Shown here piece after piece: positions 28,686 to 39,287 of a DNA stretch of 64,000 bases. Made by a program: the position numbers and the translations under genes. A model generated the notes under the pieces. The model saw nothing but the letters and a program-made list of their open reading frames with translations, was not told where the DNA came from and did not search any database. Position 1 is the stretch's first letter. Every line of letters starts with the position of its first letter. This DNA is from Gammaproteobacteria bacterium (GTDB lineage Bacteria > Pseudomonadota > Gammaproteobacteria > JBCCGL01). The stretch is taken from the NCBI GenBank assembly GCA_965277715.1, contig OZ255836.1, positions 1,888,001-1,952,000 of the forward strand. The letters are read 5' to 3'.

Positions 28686-29906
28686 ATGAATACCACCCAA
28701 ACCGCCACGCCATTTTGGCGCTCGCCTGCCATGATTATTAGCGCTGCCTGCCTGATTGCCATTATTGGTTTTGGCATTCGCTCAACATTTGGGCTGTTTG
28801 TCGAACCGATGAGCCTGGATAAAGGCTGGAACCGGGAAACCATTGCATTGGCATTTGCCCTGCAAAACCTGCTGTGGGGTATCGGTGTGCCAATAGCGGG
28901 GGCAATCAACGACAAATTTGGCCCGGTTAAAGTCATTAGCATCGGCGCCTTGATCTACGCACTCGGCACCTGGGGGATAAACCAGGCAGACAGCGGTTTT
29001 GCCCTGCACTTTTTCGCCGGTATTGTCACCGGTATTGGGGTGGCGTTTACCGCATTCTCACTGGCGATGGCAGCGATGGCCAAGGCAGTTGGCCCAGAGA
29101 AGCGTTCACTGGTACTGGGCCTGGGAACCGCTGCCGGCTCATTTGGGCAAGTGGTCTTCTCACCCAGCACCCAGGCACTGATCAATCAGTTCGGCTGGAA
29201 CGACACCCTGTCAATACTCGCACTGTGCACCTTGCTGATGGTGCCATTGGCGCTGCTGTTACCCAATACGACAGCCTCCACAGCCGCACAGGAAAGTGCC
29301 AGTCAAACACTCCGTCAGGCGCTCAATGAAGCACTGGCGCACCGGGGTTATTTGTTATTGACCGCCGGTTTTTTCGTCTGCGGATTCCAGGTTGCTTTTA
29401 TTACTGTGCACTTTCCCGCGTATGTCAGCAGCATTGGCCTCGAAGCCAAAATAGGCGCTTATGCCATCGCCATTGTCGGGCTGTTTAACATCGCCGGGTC
29501 TTTTTTATCTGGCATGGCCGGGCAGCGCTGGAGCAAACGCTATTCGCTGTCATTTATTTATTTTGGGCGTTCACTGGTTATTTTGTGGTTACTGTTTGCC
29601 CCCGTCTCGAATAACACCATCTATATTTTTTCAGCATTGATGGGGATTCTATGGCTGTCGACAGTGCCACTCACCACGGGCATCGTCGCACAGGTGTTTG
29701 GTGTACGTTATATGGCCACTTTGTTTGGCATTGTGTTTCTCGGCCACCAACTCGGCAGCTTTGTCGGCGTGTGGATGGGTGGCTGGATTTATGACGCCAC
29801 CGGCTCCTACGACCTGATGTGGTGGGCGGGCATAGGGTTGGGCGTGTTTGCAACGTTGATCCATCTGCCGATTAATGAACGGCCTTTACAGCGGCGTGCG
29901 ATTTAA
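28686..29906 (+). CDS. MFS transporter (oxalate/formate antiporter-like)
   Basis: 12-TM pattern; GFFVCGFQ, WLSTVPLT, HQLGSFVGVWMGG. Confidence 0.9.
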   Translation: MNTTQTATPFWRSPAMIISAACLIAIIGFGIRSTFGLFVEPMSLDKGWNRETIALAFALQNLLWGIGVPIAGAINDKFGPVKVISIGALIYALGTWGINQADSGFALHFFAGIVTGIGVAFTAFSLAMAAMAKAVGPEKRSLVLGLGTAAGSFGQVVFSPSTQALINQFGWNDTLSILALCTLLMVPLALLLPNTTASTAAQESASQTLRQALNEALAHRGYLLLTAGFFVCGFQVAFITVHFPAYVSSIGLEAKIGAYAIAIVGLFNIAGSFLSGMAGQRWSKRYSLSFIYFGRSLVILWLLFAPVSNNTIYIFSALMGILWLSTVPLTTGIVAQVFGVRYMATLFGIVFLGHQLGSFVGVWMGGWIYDATGSYDLMWWAGIGLGVFATLIHLPINERPLQRRAI

Positions 29907-29933
29907 GCAATCCCGGCTTAACAAATACTCTGG

Positions 29934-31040
29934 CTACTCGACACGTGCCGGAATCACTGGCACACCACTGTCGACATCCCCATTTTGCGCCCGGTGCCGC
30001 AAAGCGTGATCCATAAGCACCAACGCCAGCATCGCCTCCGCGATAGGTGTTGCGCGGATGCCCACGCAGGGGTCGTGCCGCCCTTTAGTGACCACCTCTA
30101 CCGGTTCACCTTTAACGTTAACGCCCCGCCCCGCCAGCCGAATACTGGATGTCGGCTTTAGCGCCAAATGCGCAACAATATCCTGGCCTGATGAAATTCC
30201 GCCGAGAACCCCACCGGCATTGTTGGATAAAAACCCTTCCGGTGTCATCTCATCGCGGTGTTCGGTGCCCTTTTGGGCAACGCTGTCAAATCCCGCCCCG
30301 ATTTCAACTCCCTTAACCGCATTGATGCTCATCAACGCGTGGGCAATCTCTGCGTCGAGCCGGTCAAATACTGGCTCGCCCCAGCCAGGCGGCACGCCTT
30401 CAGCCAGCACTGTAACCCTGGCCCCCACCGAGTTACCCTCTTTATTCAGCGCCTGCATATAGGCTTCAAGCGCAGGCACTTGCTCCGGGTTAGGCCAAAA
30501 AAATGGATTTTGCCCAACGGCCTCCCAAGCAAATGCCGTACTGTCCAACATAATGGGACCTAACTGAGACAAGTACCCGCGCACCACCACGGCGTATTTT
30601 TCATACAGGTATTTTTTTGCAATTGCGCCAGCGGCAACCCGCATCGCCGTCTCGCGTGCGGAAGCGCGACCACCCCCCCGATAGTCGCGCAGACCATACT
30701 TTTGCGTATACGTGTAATCAGCATGTGCAGGGCGAAACCGCTCAGCGATATTTGAATAGTCTTTAGACCGCTGATCGGTATTTTCAATCAGCAGGCCGAT
30801 GGGTGTGCCTGTGGTTCTCCCCTCAAACACACCGGACAGTATTTTCACCTGGTCACCCTCACGGCGTTGCGTGGTATAGCGCGAAGTACCCGGCTTACGC
30901 CTGTCCAGGTCTACCTGTAAATCGGCTTCATCAAGCGCAAGCCCTGGCGGGCAGCCATCGACAATACAGCCGAGCGCAGGCCCATGGCTCTCACCAAATG
31001 AAGTGACACTAAAAAGCTTTCCGAATGTATTTCCTGACAT
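29934..31040 (-). CDS. aroC: Chorismate synthase
   Basis: [27 protein letters not shown]. Confidence 0.98.
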   Translation of the reverse strand: MSGNTFGKLFSVTSFGESHGPALGCIVDGCPPGLALDEADLQVDLDRRKPGTSRYTTQRREGDQVKILSGVFEGRTTGTPIGLLIENTDQRSKDYSNIAERFRPAHADYTYTQKYGLRDYRGGGRASARETAMRVAAGAIAKKYLYEKYAVVVRGYLSQLGPIMLDSTAFAWEAVGQNPFFWPNPEQVPALEAYMQALNKEGNSVGARVTVLAEGVPPGWGEPVFDRLDAEIAHALMSINAVKGVEIGAGFDSVAQKGTEHRDEMTPEGFLSNNAGGVLGGISSGQDIVAHLALKPTSSIRLAGRGVNVKGEPVEVVTKGRHDPCVGIRATPIAEAMLALVLMDHALRHRAQNGDVDSGVPVIPARVE

Positions 31041-31162
31041 AGCGCTTATTGTAGCCGCTCGCTCACCCCAGCGAAATCACCATTACCCTATAAACACAAC
31101 ATCACAAACAAAACCACATACAATCAACAATCCGCATCGGCCTGCCTTCCCCTTCCATAGAA

Positions 31163-31295
31163 GCAGTTGCCGACGACTGTAGGGACACAGGAGCTAGAGC
31201 AACGCAGGAGCAGTTGCCGACGACTGTAGGGACACAGGAGCTAGAGCAACGCAGGAGCAGTTGCCGACGACTGTATGGATACAGGAGATAGAGCG
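31163..31295 (+). repeat. Tandem 47-bp repeat, about 2.8 copies, intergenic
   Basis: Unit gcagttgccgacgactgtagggacacaggagctagagcaacgcagga starts at 31163, 31210 and 31257; no spacers. Confidence 0.95.
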
Positions 31296-31401
31296 AAGCC
31301 AATATAAATGGTCACCCACCAACCTAAAGCCGACGAAACACTAACGGAACATTTTCACTCCAGCACGCTCCAAGCCCCCAACGCCACCACTGGAAATACC
31401 C

Positions 31402-32160
31402 ATGCCAACGCTCCGCGCACTACTCCCAACCATCACCAGCACACTGTTCGCCATGACGCTATTCGCCACCTCTACCGCCAATGCCACCCGCTTTGAAAGC
31501 ACAGAAAAACAAACCAGCTTACTGGAACTTTACACCTCTGAGGGCTGTAGTAGCTGCCCACCCGCTGACCGCTGGTTGAGTACACTCAAACAGGAAGACG
31601 GTTTATGGCAGACGTTTATCCCCCTGGCCTTTCACGTCGATTACTGGGATTACATCGGCTGGGAAGACCGCTTCGCCAGCCCCGCCCACACAGCGCGCCA
31701 GCGCATACATGCACAAGAACAATCGATGCGCACAATCTACACTCCCGGATTTATGTACAACGGCAAGGAGTGGCGACAATGGTTTGTGCGCCGCTACCTG
31801 GATTTCCCTGAAACCGGCACAGTCGGCAAGCTGACCGTCGATATTAACCAGCAAACAGCTTCAGTGACATTCAATCCGGCAGCAGCGGACGGTGTCCATT
31901 TGGATGTCAATATCGCACTACTGGGCTTCGACCTCGAAACCCAGGTCAAAGCCGGTGAAAACGCAGGTGATGTGCTCAAACACGACTTTGTGGTGCTGGG
32001 GTCAGCGCGCAGCGCCCTGACCTCAGGCAGTGGTGAATATACCGGCACGATTCAGCTACCGGAAAGATCTAATGATGCCCCAAAATATGGCGTGGTAGTG
32101 TGGGTTAGCCCGGCGGGCAGCCAACGCCCATTACAGGCAGTTGGCGGCTGGCTGGAGTAA
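31402..32160 (+). CDS. DUF1223 family secreted thioredoxin-like protein
   Basis: Signal peptide; ELYTSEGCSSCPPAD, FHVDYWDYIGW, GENAG. Confidence 0.9.
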   Translation: MPTLRALLPTITSTLFAMTLFATSTANATRFESTEKQTSLLELYTSEGCSSCPPADRWLSTLKQEDGLWQTFIPLAFHVDYWDYIGWEDRFASPAHTARQRIHAQEQSMRTIYTPGFMYNGKEWRQWFVRRYLDFPETGTVGKLTVDINQQTASVTFNPAAADGVHLDVNIALLGFDLETQVKAGENAGDVLKHDFVVLGSARSALTSGSGEYTGTIQLPERSNDAPKYGVVVWVSPAGSQRPLQAVGGWLE

Positions 32161-32235
32161 ATGACACTGACAGTTGCCAATCGGTGTGTTTCAGGTAGGC
32201 TTGACGCCCAATTCAATCACGCACTACCCCCCAGG

Positions 32236-32757
32236 ATGAATAACACCGATACAACCCAAACCACCGGCAAGGTGATGATTTTCGCGACCTGGATACTGTT
32301 GATATTGGGGTTGACATTTTTCTTTCATCAGTGGCTGTCAGACCGTGACAACCCAAATCGACACATTGCCGCAAGCATTGGCGCCCAGGGCAACACACAA
32401 GTGGTACTGGAAAGAAGCCGCAGTGGGCACTTTATCAGCAATGGCCATATCAATGGCCACGCCGTTACTTTTTTGATCGATACCGGTGCCAGCGACGTGA
32501 ATATACCCGCTAAGGTGGCAAAACGTCTGGGCTTATCGGCTGGCCAACCATTCAACGCCACCACCGCCAACGGCATGATTACTGTTTATGCAACCCAACT
32601 GGACTCTATTGGTATTGATAAGCTGCGCCTGCACAATATCCGTGCCAGCATCAACCCACATATGCACACGGAAGAAATCCTACTCGGCATGTCTTTTCTA
32701 CAGCATCTTGAACTCAATCAAAAAGGGCGCTTGTTGACGTTGAGTGTGCCGCAGTAG
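32236..32757 (+). CDS. Clan AA (retropepsin-like) aspartic protease, TIGR02281 family
   Basis: N-terminal TM; FLIDTGAS, TANG, LLGMSFL; start chosen after an AGG ribosome-binding motif. Confidence 0.9.
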   Translation: MNNTDTTQTTGKVMIFATWILLILGLTFFFHQWLSDRDNPNRHIAASIGAQGNTQVVLERSRSGHFISNGHINGHAVTFLIDTGASDVNIPAKVAKRLGLSAGQPFNATTANGMITVYATQLDSIGIDKLRLHNIRASINPHMHTEEILLGMSFLQHLELNQKGRLLTLSVPQ

Positions 32758-32779
32758 ATGCAACTGCGGAATTTAGGTT
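32750..32779 (+). repeat. Isolated right end of the AACCTAAATTCCGCAG MITE/IS family
   Basis: cgcagtagatgcaactgcggaatttaggtt vs 17690-17719 cgcagtagattcaactgaggaattcaggtt. Confidence 0.75.
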
Positions 32780-32929
32780 TAACTGCCTCAAACAGCAGCT
32801 CTTCAAAATAAATCTGTGTTCAGTGCATTGGCATATATCCCGGTGCTTATATGTCGTACTGATACAACATGCCTTATCGCAGCGTGAAGTAACCCGGGTA
32901 ACACCGAAAAAATCAATATCAGACGGCCA

Positions 32930-33583
32930 TCACGCTTTGTTGATGACGACTGGCTTACGCCGAAGCGGATAACACGTTTGGCATATTTCACACACGGTGC
33001 CATCACAGCCACGCGCAGTGCAGTACTCCCGACCGTAAAAAATAATCTGCAAATGCAACCGGTTCCACTGCGCCATTGGGAATAGTTTTTTCAAATCATT
33101 CTCGGTTTGCACCACATTCCTGCCCTTGGTCAAACCCCAGCGCTGAGCCAGGCGGTGGATATGCGTATCGACCGGGAATGCAGGGTGCCCAAACCCCTGG
33201 CTCATCACCACCGAAGCCGTTTTGTGGCCGACACCCGGCAGTGCCTCCAGCGCGTCAAAATCCTCTGGTACTTCACCCGCGTGTTGTTCAACCAGCATTT
33301 GTGACAATACCGAGATAGCCTTTGATTTGCGCGGTGATAAACCACACGGGCGAATAATTTCACGGATGCTGTCAACGGGCACCGACGCCATAGCGTAGGG
33401 GTTGTCGGCCAACCGGAACAGCGCCGGTGTCACCTGGTTAACCCGCGCATCAGTGCACTGTGCCGATAACAGTACTGCTACCAGCAAGCTATAATTATCC
33501 TGGTGCGCCAGGGGCACAGGGGTTTCAGGGTATAACTCAGACAAGCGACGCAGGATATAGGCGACGCGCGATTTTTTATCCAT
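32930..33583 (-). CDS. nth: Endonuclease III
   Basis: LLSAQCTD, HhH motif LPGVGHKTA, VDTHIHR, C-terminal Cys cluster. Confidence 0.95.
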   Translation of the reverse strand: MDKKSRVAYILRRLSELYPETPVPLAHQDNYSLLVAVLLSAQCTDARVNQVTPALFRLADNPYAMASVPVDSIREIIRPCGLSPRKSKAISVLSQMLVEQHAGEVPEDFDALEALPGVGHKTASVVMSQGFGHPAFPVDTHIHRLAQRWGLTKGRNVVQTENDLKKLFPMAQWNRLHLQIIFYGREYCTARGCDGTVCEICQTCYPLRRKPVVINKA

Positions 33584-33674
33584 CTATATCACTACCTCGG
33601 TTGGCGTGGAAAATACGGTTGATGCGACGACAAACACCTCATGCAGAAAATATAGAGCGAAGCTGCATTGCGCC

Positions 33675-35870
33675 TCACTTTCGCCGCTCAACCTGCAATA
33701 CATTGGATAACTGGCGCAATTTATCCATCGTGCGGGAGAGTTGTTCGACATCTGAAAGTTCGACTGTCAAGTTCATACAGGCGGTTTGCTCATCGGCATC
33801 AGACTGGGTATTAACAGCCGTCACATTGAGGTTTTGATCCGCCATTATCTGTGAAATATCACGCAATAAGGCCGGGCGGTCGTAGGCGATAACCTGTAGG
33901 TCAACCGGGTAGGCCTGTGTGCGTTCATCGCCCCACTCCACTTCGATCATCCGCAACTGATCACCCTCACTCAGATTGAGTATATTGGCACAGTCGCGGC
34001 GATGCACCGAAACCCCTTTACCCCGGGTGATATACCCCACAATAGGGTCGTAGGGTACAGGTTTGCAACAACGTGATATTTGCGTCAGCAAACTGCCCAC
34101 ACCCCGCACACTGATCCCCTCGGTACTGCCACTACTGCCCACACTGCTGCGTTTTGTCCGGCGCACCGGCAACAGGGCCTGCTCCGGGTGTGGTGTCTCC
34201 AGGGCGTAAACGGCGGCGTCAACCTGTGCCGTTGAGATAAGGTTTCGACCAATCGCGGCAAACAGTTCGCTCTGTTTTTCAAAATTCAGTTTATGGGTCA
34301 GTTTTTCCAGCGATACGGCGTGTGCATTAAGGCGTTTGAGTGTGCGTTCGAGAATATTCCGACCGTCTTCAATATGCTGTTCGTGATCCTGAATATTGAA
34401 CCAGCTACGCACTTTGGCACGCGCCCGGCTGGTGGCCAGGTAACCCAGGCTACGGTTGAGCCAGTCGCGGCTGGGCCGTGACTCGCGAGTGGTGAGAATA
34501 TTCACTTGATCGCCGTTTTGCAGTACCTGCGTCAGGGTGGTAATACTACCGTTGATCTTCGCCCCCCGGCAGCGATGGCCAACCTGCGTATGAATCTGAT
34601 ACGCGAAGTCCAGCGGTGTCGAACCCTGTGGCAAATCGACAATTTTGCCTTTGGGCGTCAGTACAAACACCCGGTCGGAAAAAAAATCAGAACTGACACT
34701 ATCGAACAGATCGGTGTCATCGCTCTCAACCTCTAACAACTGACGCAATGCATTAATACTGCGCTGTAAACTTTCATCCAGCGCACCGCCCTCTTTGTAG
34801 CGCCAGTGGGCGGCAACCCCTAACTCGGCATCGTCATCCATCTGTCGGGTGCGAATCTGCACTTCAATCGCCTTACCGCCCGGCCCGATAACCGCCGTAT
34901 GCAGCGATTGATAACCGTTTTCCTTGGGGTTGGCAATATAGTCATCAAACTCACGCGGAATGTGCTGCCAATTGCCGTGTACCAACCCCAGCACGGCATA
35001 ACATTCACTGACTTCACTGACCAGCACACGCACTGCACGCACATCAAACACCTCGGCAAATTCGATTTGCTTGCGCTGCATTTTTTTCCAGATACTGTAA
35101 ATGTGCTTCGCCCGGCCAAATACCCCCGCTTTGTCGATACCGGCCTCAGCGAGCTGCGCCCGCAAGCGCGTGACCAAATCATCGACATAAACTTCGCGCT
35201 CGACGCGGCGCTCTTCCAGTGAGGTAGCCAGACGTTTGTAAGCCTGTGGCTCCAATGCGCGAAACGCGAGATCTTCCATCTGCCATTTCAGTTGGCCAAC
35301 GCCGAGCCGGTTAGCCAGTGGTGCGTAAAGTGTCAGGGATTCGTGAGCAATACGCCGACGTTCATCGTAGCTCACATGGGCCAGCATTTTTAATCGCACC
35401 ACAACGTGTGCGAGCTTGATCAGCACAGCGCGTACATCCTCAACCATGGCCAACACCATGCGCCGCAGTCGCTCTGACTGCTCGGCACTATCGGCATCCT
35501 CCTGCTGAACCAACGTGCCTTCGCGAAAGCTGTGTAGCCAGCGCACGCTTTTGACCAGCGCGGCAATTTTTTCACCGAACGCTTCGTTAATCTTCTCAAT
35601 CGGCAGGCTGGCCTCGCAGACACTGGCCGCCAACAAAGAGGCACTGAGTGTATGGCAATCGATACCCAGCGCTTTGAGCTCCCCCGCTACTGCAAAAGGG
35701 TCAGGGTGCTTGGGGGTTTGCTTGTGTGTTTTATTGCACAGCGGCCAGGTATAGCCAACAGCACGGTACACCAGATCACTCCCCTGGGGGTCGTAGCCGA
35801 CACACAGTGCATTGGCAACAGTGGCCAGGTCACCGTGTGTCGTTTTGTCCTTGGTTTCGATTGTTTTCAT
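33675..35870 (-). CDS. relA: GTP pyrophosphokinase (RelA-type RSH with degenerate hydrolase domain)
   Basis: YAPLANRLG, GRAKHIYSI, EFDDY, NGYQSLHT, AAHWRYKE, TGS and ACT domains; HD motif absent. Confidence 0.93.
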   Translation of the reverse strand: MKTIETKDKTTHGDLATVANALCVGYDPQGSDLVYRAVGYTWPLCNKTHKQTPKHPDPFAVAGELKALGIDCHTLSASLLAASVCEASLPIEKINEAFGEKIAALVKSVRWLHSFREGTLVQQEDADSAEQSERLRRMVLAMVEDVRAVLIKLAHVVVRLKMLAHVSYDERRRIAHESLTLYAPLANRLGVGQLKWQMEDLAFRALEPQAYKRLATSLEERRVEREVYVDDLVTRLRAQLAEAGIDKAGVFGRAKHIYSIWKKMQRKQIEFAEVFDVRAVRVLVSEVSECYAVLGLVHGNWQHIPREFDDYIANPKENGYQSLHTAVIGPGGKAIEVQIRTRQMDDDAELGVAAHWRYKEGGALDESLQRSINALRQLLEVESDDTDLFDSVSSDFFSDRVFVLTPKGKIVDLPQGSTPLDFAYQIHTQVGHRCRGAKINGSITTLTQVLQNGDQVNILTTRESRPSRDWLNRSLGYLATSRARAKVRSWFNIQDHEQHIEDGRNILERTLKRLNAHAVSLEKLTHKLNFEKQSELFAAIGRNLISTAQVDAAVYALETPHPEQALLPVRRTKRSSVGSSGSTEGISVRGVGSLLTQISRCCKPVPYDPIVGYITRGKGVSVHRRDCANILNLSEGDQLRMIEVEWGDERTQAYPVDLQVIAYDRPALLRDISQIMADQNLNVTAVNTQSDADEQTACMNLTVELSDVEQLSRTMDKLRQLSNVLQVERRK

Positions 35871-35953
35871 TGGCGTTTTACCGGGCTTTCATTGGGCCTT
35901 CACTGGCCAGTGTTAGAGGGTGTTTAAATGTGCAGCGGTTTTAAGGCATTCTC

Positions 35954-38557
35954 TTATGTGCGATGGTCATTCAATAGGCGCATGGGCGAGCGTTTAAGTA
36001 CTTGCCGGGTGACCAGAACACCACACAAACCAATGCCCACTGCACCGGCCAGAGTGCCGATCAATAACAAACTAACGGGGGGCTGGTAGCTCAATTCAAA
36101 CAATTGATTAGAAACCACCCAGGCAAGTGCAGCGGCAATCACGGCGGCCACCAGCCCGGCCAGCGCGCCCAGCATCACAAATTCAGCCAGCAAACCGGTA
36201 AACAACGTGGCATAGCGTGCGCCCAGGGCTTTCAACAACGCAGACTCGCGCATACGCGCCTGGCGGCTGGCCTGAACCGTGGCAACCAATACAATCAAAC
36301 CCGCGAGCAAGGTAAACCCGAGCACATACTCCACCGCCCGCGAGACGTTATCAATCAGGCCACGAATACGGGATAACAGTGCGTCGAGATCAATAACCGT
36401 AGCCCCCGGTATCGTGCGCACCAACTGGCTGGTCAATGCGGCATTGCCCTGTTTCACCCGGAAGCTGGTAATAAAAGTGGTCGGCACATCACGGAGCAAA
36501 CCCGGCGTTGCAATCACATAAAAATTGGGCTTGAACGAATCCCAGTTGACTGTGCGAATATTGGCGATGCGCGCCTCGACCCGCGCCCCGGCAATACGAA
36601 ACGCCAGGCGATCACCCAGCGACAGGCCAAAGGTCTGCATAACACTCGACTCGACCGATATCAGCGGTTCATCGTACTGTTCTTCACCCCACCACTGGCC
36701 CGCGTCGATACTGTAATCGGCGCGCATTTGTGCGGCGTAACTCAGATTAAAATCCCGGTTCAACAAGTGGCGGGCGCGGCCACTGACCGGATAGGTTTCA
36801 GGGTTGATCGTCTCGCCATTAATCTCAATCATCCGCCCGCGTGCCATTGGGTAAAATGTTGTCGTGGCAACACCGGCATCGGCAATCAACTGTCGGGCAG
36901 TCGCCACCTCTTGTGGTTGTATATTAAACGCGAAGTGATTCGGCGCATCCGGTGGAATCTGCTCACGCCAGGTATCGAGTATATCGTTGCCAACAATGGC
37001 GATTAATAACAGCGCCATAATGCCCACGCAAAACGCCGACAGTTGCAGCACGACACTTTTGCCCCGGCGCAGCAGGCTGCTGATGCCAAAACGCCACCCA
37101 GGCGTTGCGCGCACACCAAAACGGCGCAACCCATACAACAACACCCCGGCGACACCCACAATCAGCAACAGCAGTACCAGTACGCCGACCATCACCAGGC
37201 CAGCCAAACGCAAATCGTTCGACTGCCACACCATCAACAGACACAAAGCGATAAATGCCAGCAACACCGTGACCCCCATCGACACCGAAGGGGCCAGTAA
37301 ATCGCGCCGTAATACCCGCAAAACGGGTACGCGGTCAATATTCACAATTGCCGGTAACCCAAAACCGAGCAGGCAGGTAAACCCCGTCAGGCCACCCAGG
37401 AACAATGGATACCAGCCCGCCCCCGGCAGCGCAGCGTAAATGCCGCTGGCAAAATACGCCACTAACACCCACTGGGCGCTATACCCCAACAACACACCGA
37501 TGCCACTGGCGACAGTACCCAGCACCATCATGCGCACCAGCATCAGTCGAAACACCATTCGCCGGGTGGCGCCAAAGGTACGCAATATCGCACTGGTATC
37601 GGCCTGGCGGGTGGCAAACCCCTGCGCTGCCACCGCCACCGCCGCCCCGGCTAACAACACACAGACAATCGAAGTCAGGCCGAGAAACTGATCGGCCCGC
37701 TGCAGGGCGCGGCGCAATTCCGGGCGACCGTTGCGCACATCCTCTACACGGATATCTGCCAATGTGTCTTTTGCCCCCGCCTGATGTGTACCCTCCTGGC
37801 CGGTATTCACACGACCGGCATTAGATTCCACAAAATCGCGAAAATCGACAACGGCCCCGGCTTCACCGGCAAGCTGTAAACGGTAACTGACACGGCTCGC
37901 CGGGGTAATCAGGCCGGTGCTGTCAAGGTCTTCACTGTTCAGCAGCACACGCGGCGCCAGTTGAAATAAAAAACCACTGCGATCTGGCTCACTTTCGATT
38001 ATTTTGCGGGCAAAAAAGCTGCGTTCACCCAATACAATCGCATCGCCTGGTTGAATACCCAGCAATAAAAACAAACGCTTTTCCAGCCACACATCACCCG
38101 GAGACGGAATTTCCGCTGCATCTCGGGGAGGCGTATCGAAGGTGTCGCGAATTTTTAACGCGCCACGCAGTGGATACCCGTGGCTCACCGCTTTTACCGC
38201 CACCAGTTGTGCATCATCGCGTTGGTTGAGCACCACGCTGGGAAACTGCACCAAACGCACAGCCTGTAAAGCGGATTGTTTGGCGCGGTTCAGCAATTCC
38301 TCCGGCAGTGGTGAGGAGCGGATTAACAATAAATCGCCACCGAGCAGAGTACTGGCTTGTAATTCGAGCGCATTCCCGGCCCGCTCGGTAAAAAAATTCA
38401 CCGCACTCACCGCGCTCACCGCAACCACCAGCGCCAGCGCAACCACACGCAGCTCACCACTGCGCCAGTCGCGCAGCAGATAAGCGGCGGCCATGCGCAA
38501 TACGAAACCCCAGCTATACAGGGTTGGTGCGCGCTTCGACAAAGTATCCGCCATCAA
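35954..38557 (-). CDS. ybbP: ABC transporter permease, YbbP-like
   Basis: RDWRSGEL, YPLRG, FYPMARGR, VNWDSFKPNF; operon with ybbA. Confidence 0.85.
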   Translation of the reverse strand: MMADTLSKRAPTLYSWGFVLRMAAAYLLRDWRSGELRVVALALVVAVSAVSAVNFFTERAGNALELQASTLLGGDLLLIRSSPLPEELLNRAKQSALQAVRLVQFPSVVLNQRDDAQLVAVKAVSHGYPLRGALKIRDTFDTPPRDAAEIPSPGDVWLEKRLFLLLGIQPGDAIVLGERSFFARKIIESEPDRSGFLFQLAPRVLLNSEDLDSTGLITPASRVSYRLQLAGEAGAVVDFRDFVESNAGRVNTGQEGTHQAGAKDTLADIRVEDVRNGRPELRRALQRADQFLGLTSIVCVLLAGAAVAVAAQGFATRQADTSAILRTFGATRRMVFRLMLVRMMVLGTVASGIGVLLGYSAQWVLVAYFASGIYAALPGAGWYPLFLGGLTGFTCLLGFGLPAIVNIDRVPVLRVLRRDLLAPSVSMGVTVLLAFIALCLLMVWQSNDLRLAGLVMVGVLVLLLLIVGVAGVLLYGLRRFGVRATPGWRFGISSLLRRGKSVVLQLSAFCVGIMALLLIAIVGNDILDTWREQIPPDAPNHFAFNIQPQEVATARQLIADAGVATTTFYPMARGRMIEINGETINPETYPVSGRARHLLNRDFNLSYAAQMRADYSIDAGQWWGEEQYDEPLISVESSVMQTFGLSLGDRLAFRIAGARVEARIANIRTVNWDSFKPNFYVIATPGLLRDVPTTFITSFRVKQGNAALTSQLVRTIPGATVIDLDALLSRIRGLIDNVSRAVEYVLGFTLLAGLIVLVATVQASRQARMRESALLKALGARYATLFTGLLAEFVMLGALAGLVAAVIAAALAWVVSNQLFELSYQPPVSLLLIGTLAGAVGIGLCGVLVTRQVLKRSPMRLLNDHRT

Positions 38558-39255
38558 CGTGACTCACACATTTTGCCAGAGGCCATACTCAGCACGCGGT
38601 CGCAACGCGAGGCCAACTGCGCATCGTGCGTCACCAGTATCAGCGTGGTGTTATTGTCGCTGCGCAATGAAAACAGGCTGTCGGCGATTTGCTCGCCGTT
38701 GGCCTGGTCGAGGTTACCGGTTGGCTCATCCGCAAACAGGATTTTCGGTTTCACCACAAACGCACGCGCCAGCGCCACACGCTGCTGCTCGCCACCGGAA
38801 AGCTGATTGGGGTAGTGGTGAATGCGTTCAGCCAGGCCGACCATTTCCAGCATTGCGCTGGCCTGCTGATCCGCTGAACGCTGCCCCGCCAGCTCCAGTG
38901 GCAATATCACATTTTCCAGCGCGGTCAGCCCGGGGAGTAAATGAAACGACTGAAATACAAAGCCTACACGCCCGGCGCGCAACTGCGCCCGGGCATCTTC
39001 ATCCATAGTGGTAATATTTTCACCGTCCAGCCACACATCACCTGCCGTGGCATCATCCAGGCCCGCCAACAAACCCAACAGCGTCGACTTACCCGAACCC
39101 GACGGGCCGACAATCGCCACCGCCTCACCCGCTGAAACAGCGAGATGTACATCATCGACAATGGTAAGATTCCCTCTCGGCGACGCCACACGACGGCTTA
39201 GCCCACTGGTTTTCAAAATACAGGCTTTCAAAATACTGGCTTCGGAGTCACCCAT
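38554..39255 (-). CDS. ybbA: ABC transporter ATP-binding protein, YbbA-like
   Basis: GPSGSGKST, LSGGEQQRV, ADEPTGNLD; divergent from tesA. Confidence 0.88.
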   Translation of the reverse strand: MGDSEASILKACILKTSGLSRRVASPRGNLTIVDDVHLAVSAGEAVAIVGPSGSGKSTLLGLLAGLDDATAGDVWLDGENITTMDEDARAQLRAGRVGFVFQSFHLLPGLTALENVILPLELAGQRSADQQASAMLEMVGLAERIHHYPNQLSGGEQQRVALARAFVVKPKILFADEPTGNLDQANGEQIADSLFSLRSDNNTTLILVTHDAQLASRCDRVLSMASGKMCESR

Positions 39256-39287
39256 TGTTGCTCCCACTATTGTTCTCACTATTACTC

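Noticed and set aside
31163-31295. Possible CRISPR array
   Set aside because: Units are contiguous 47-bp tandem copies with no unique spacers, and there are no cas genes in the window.
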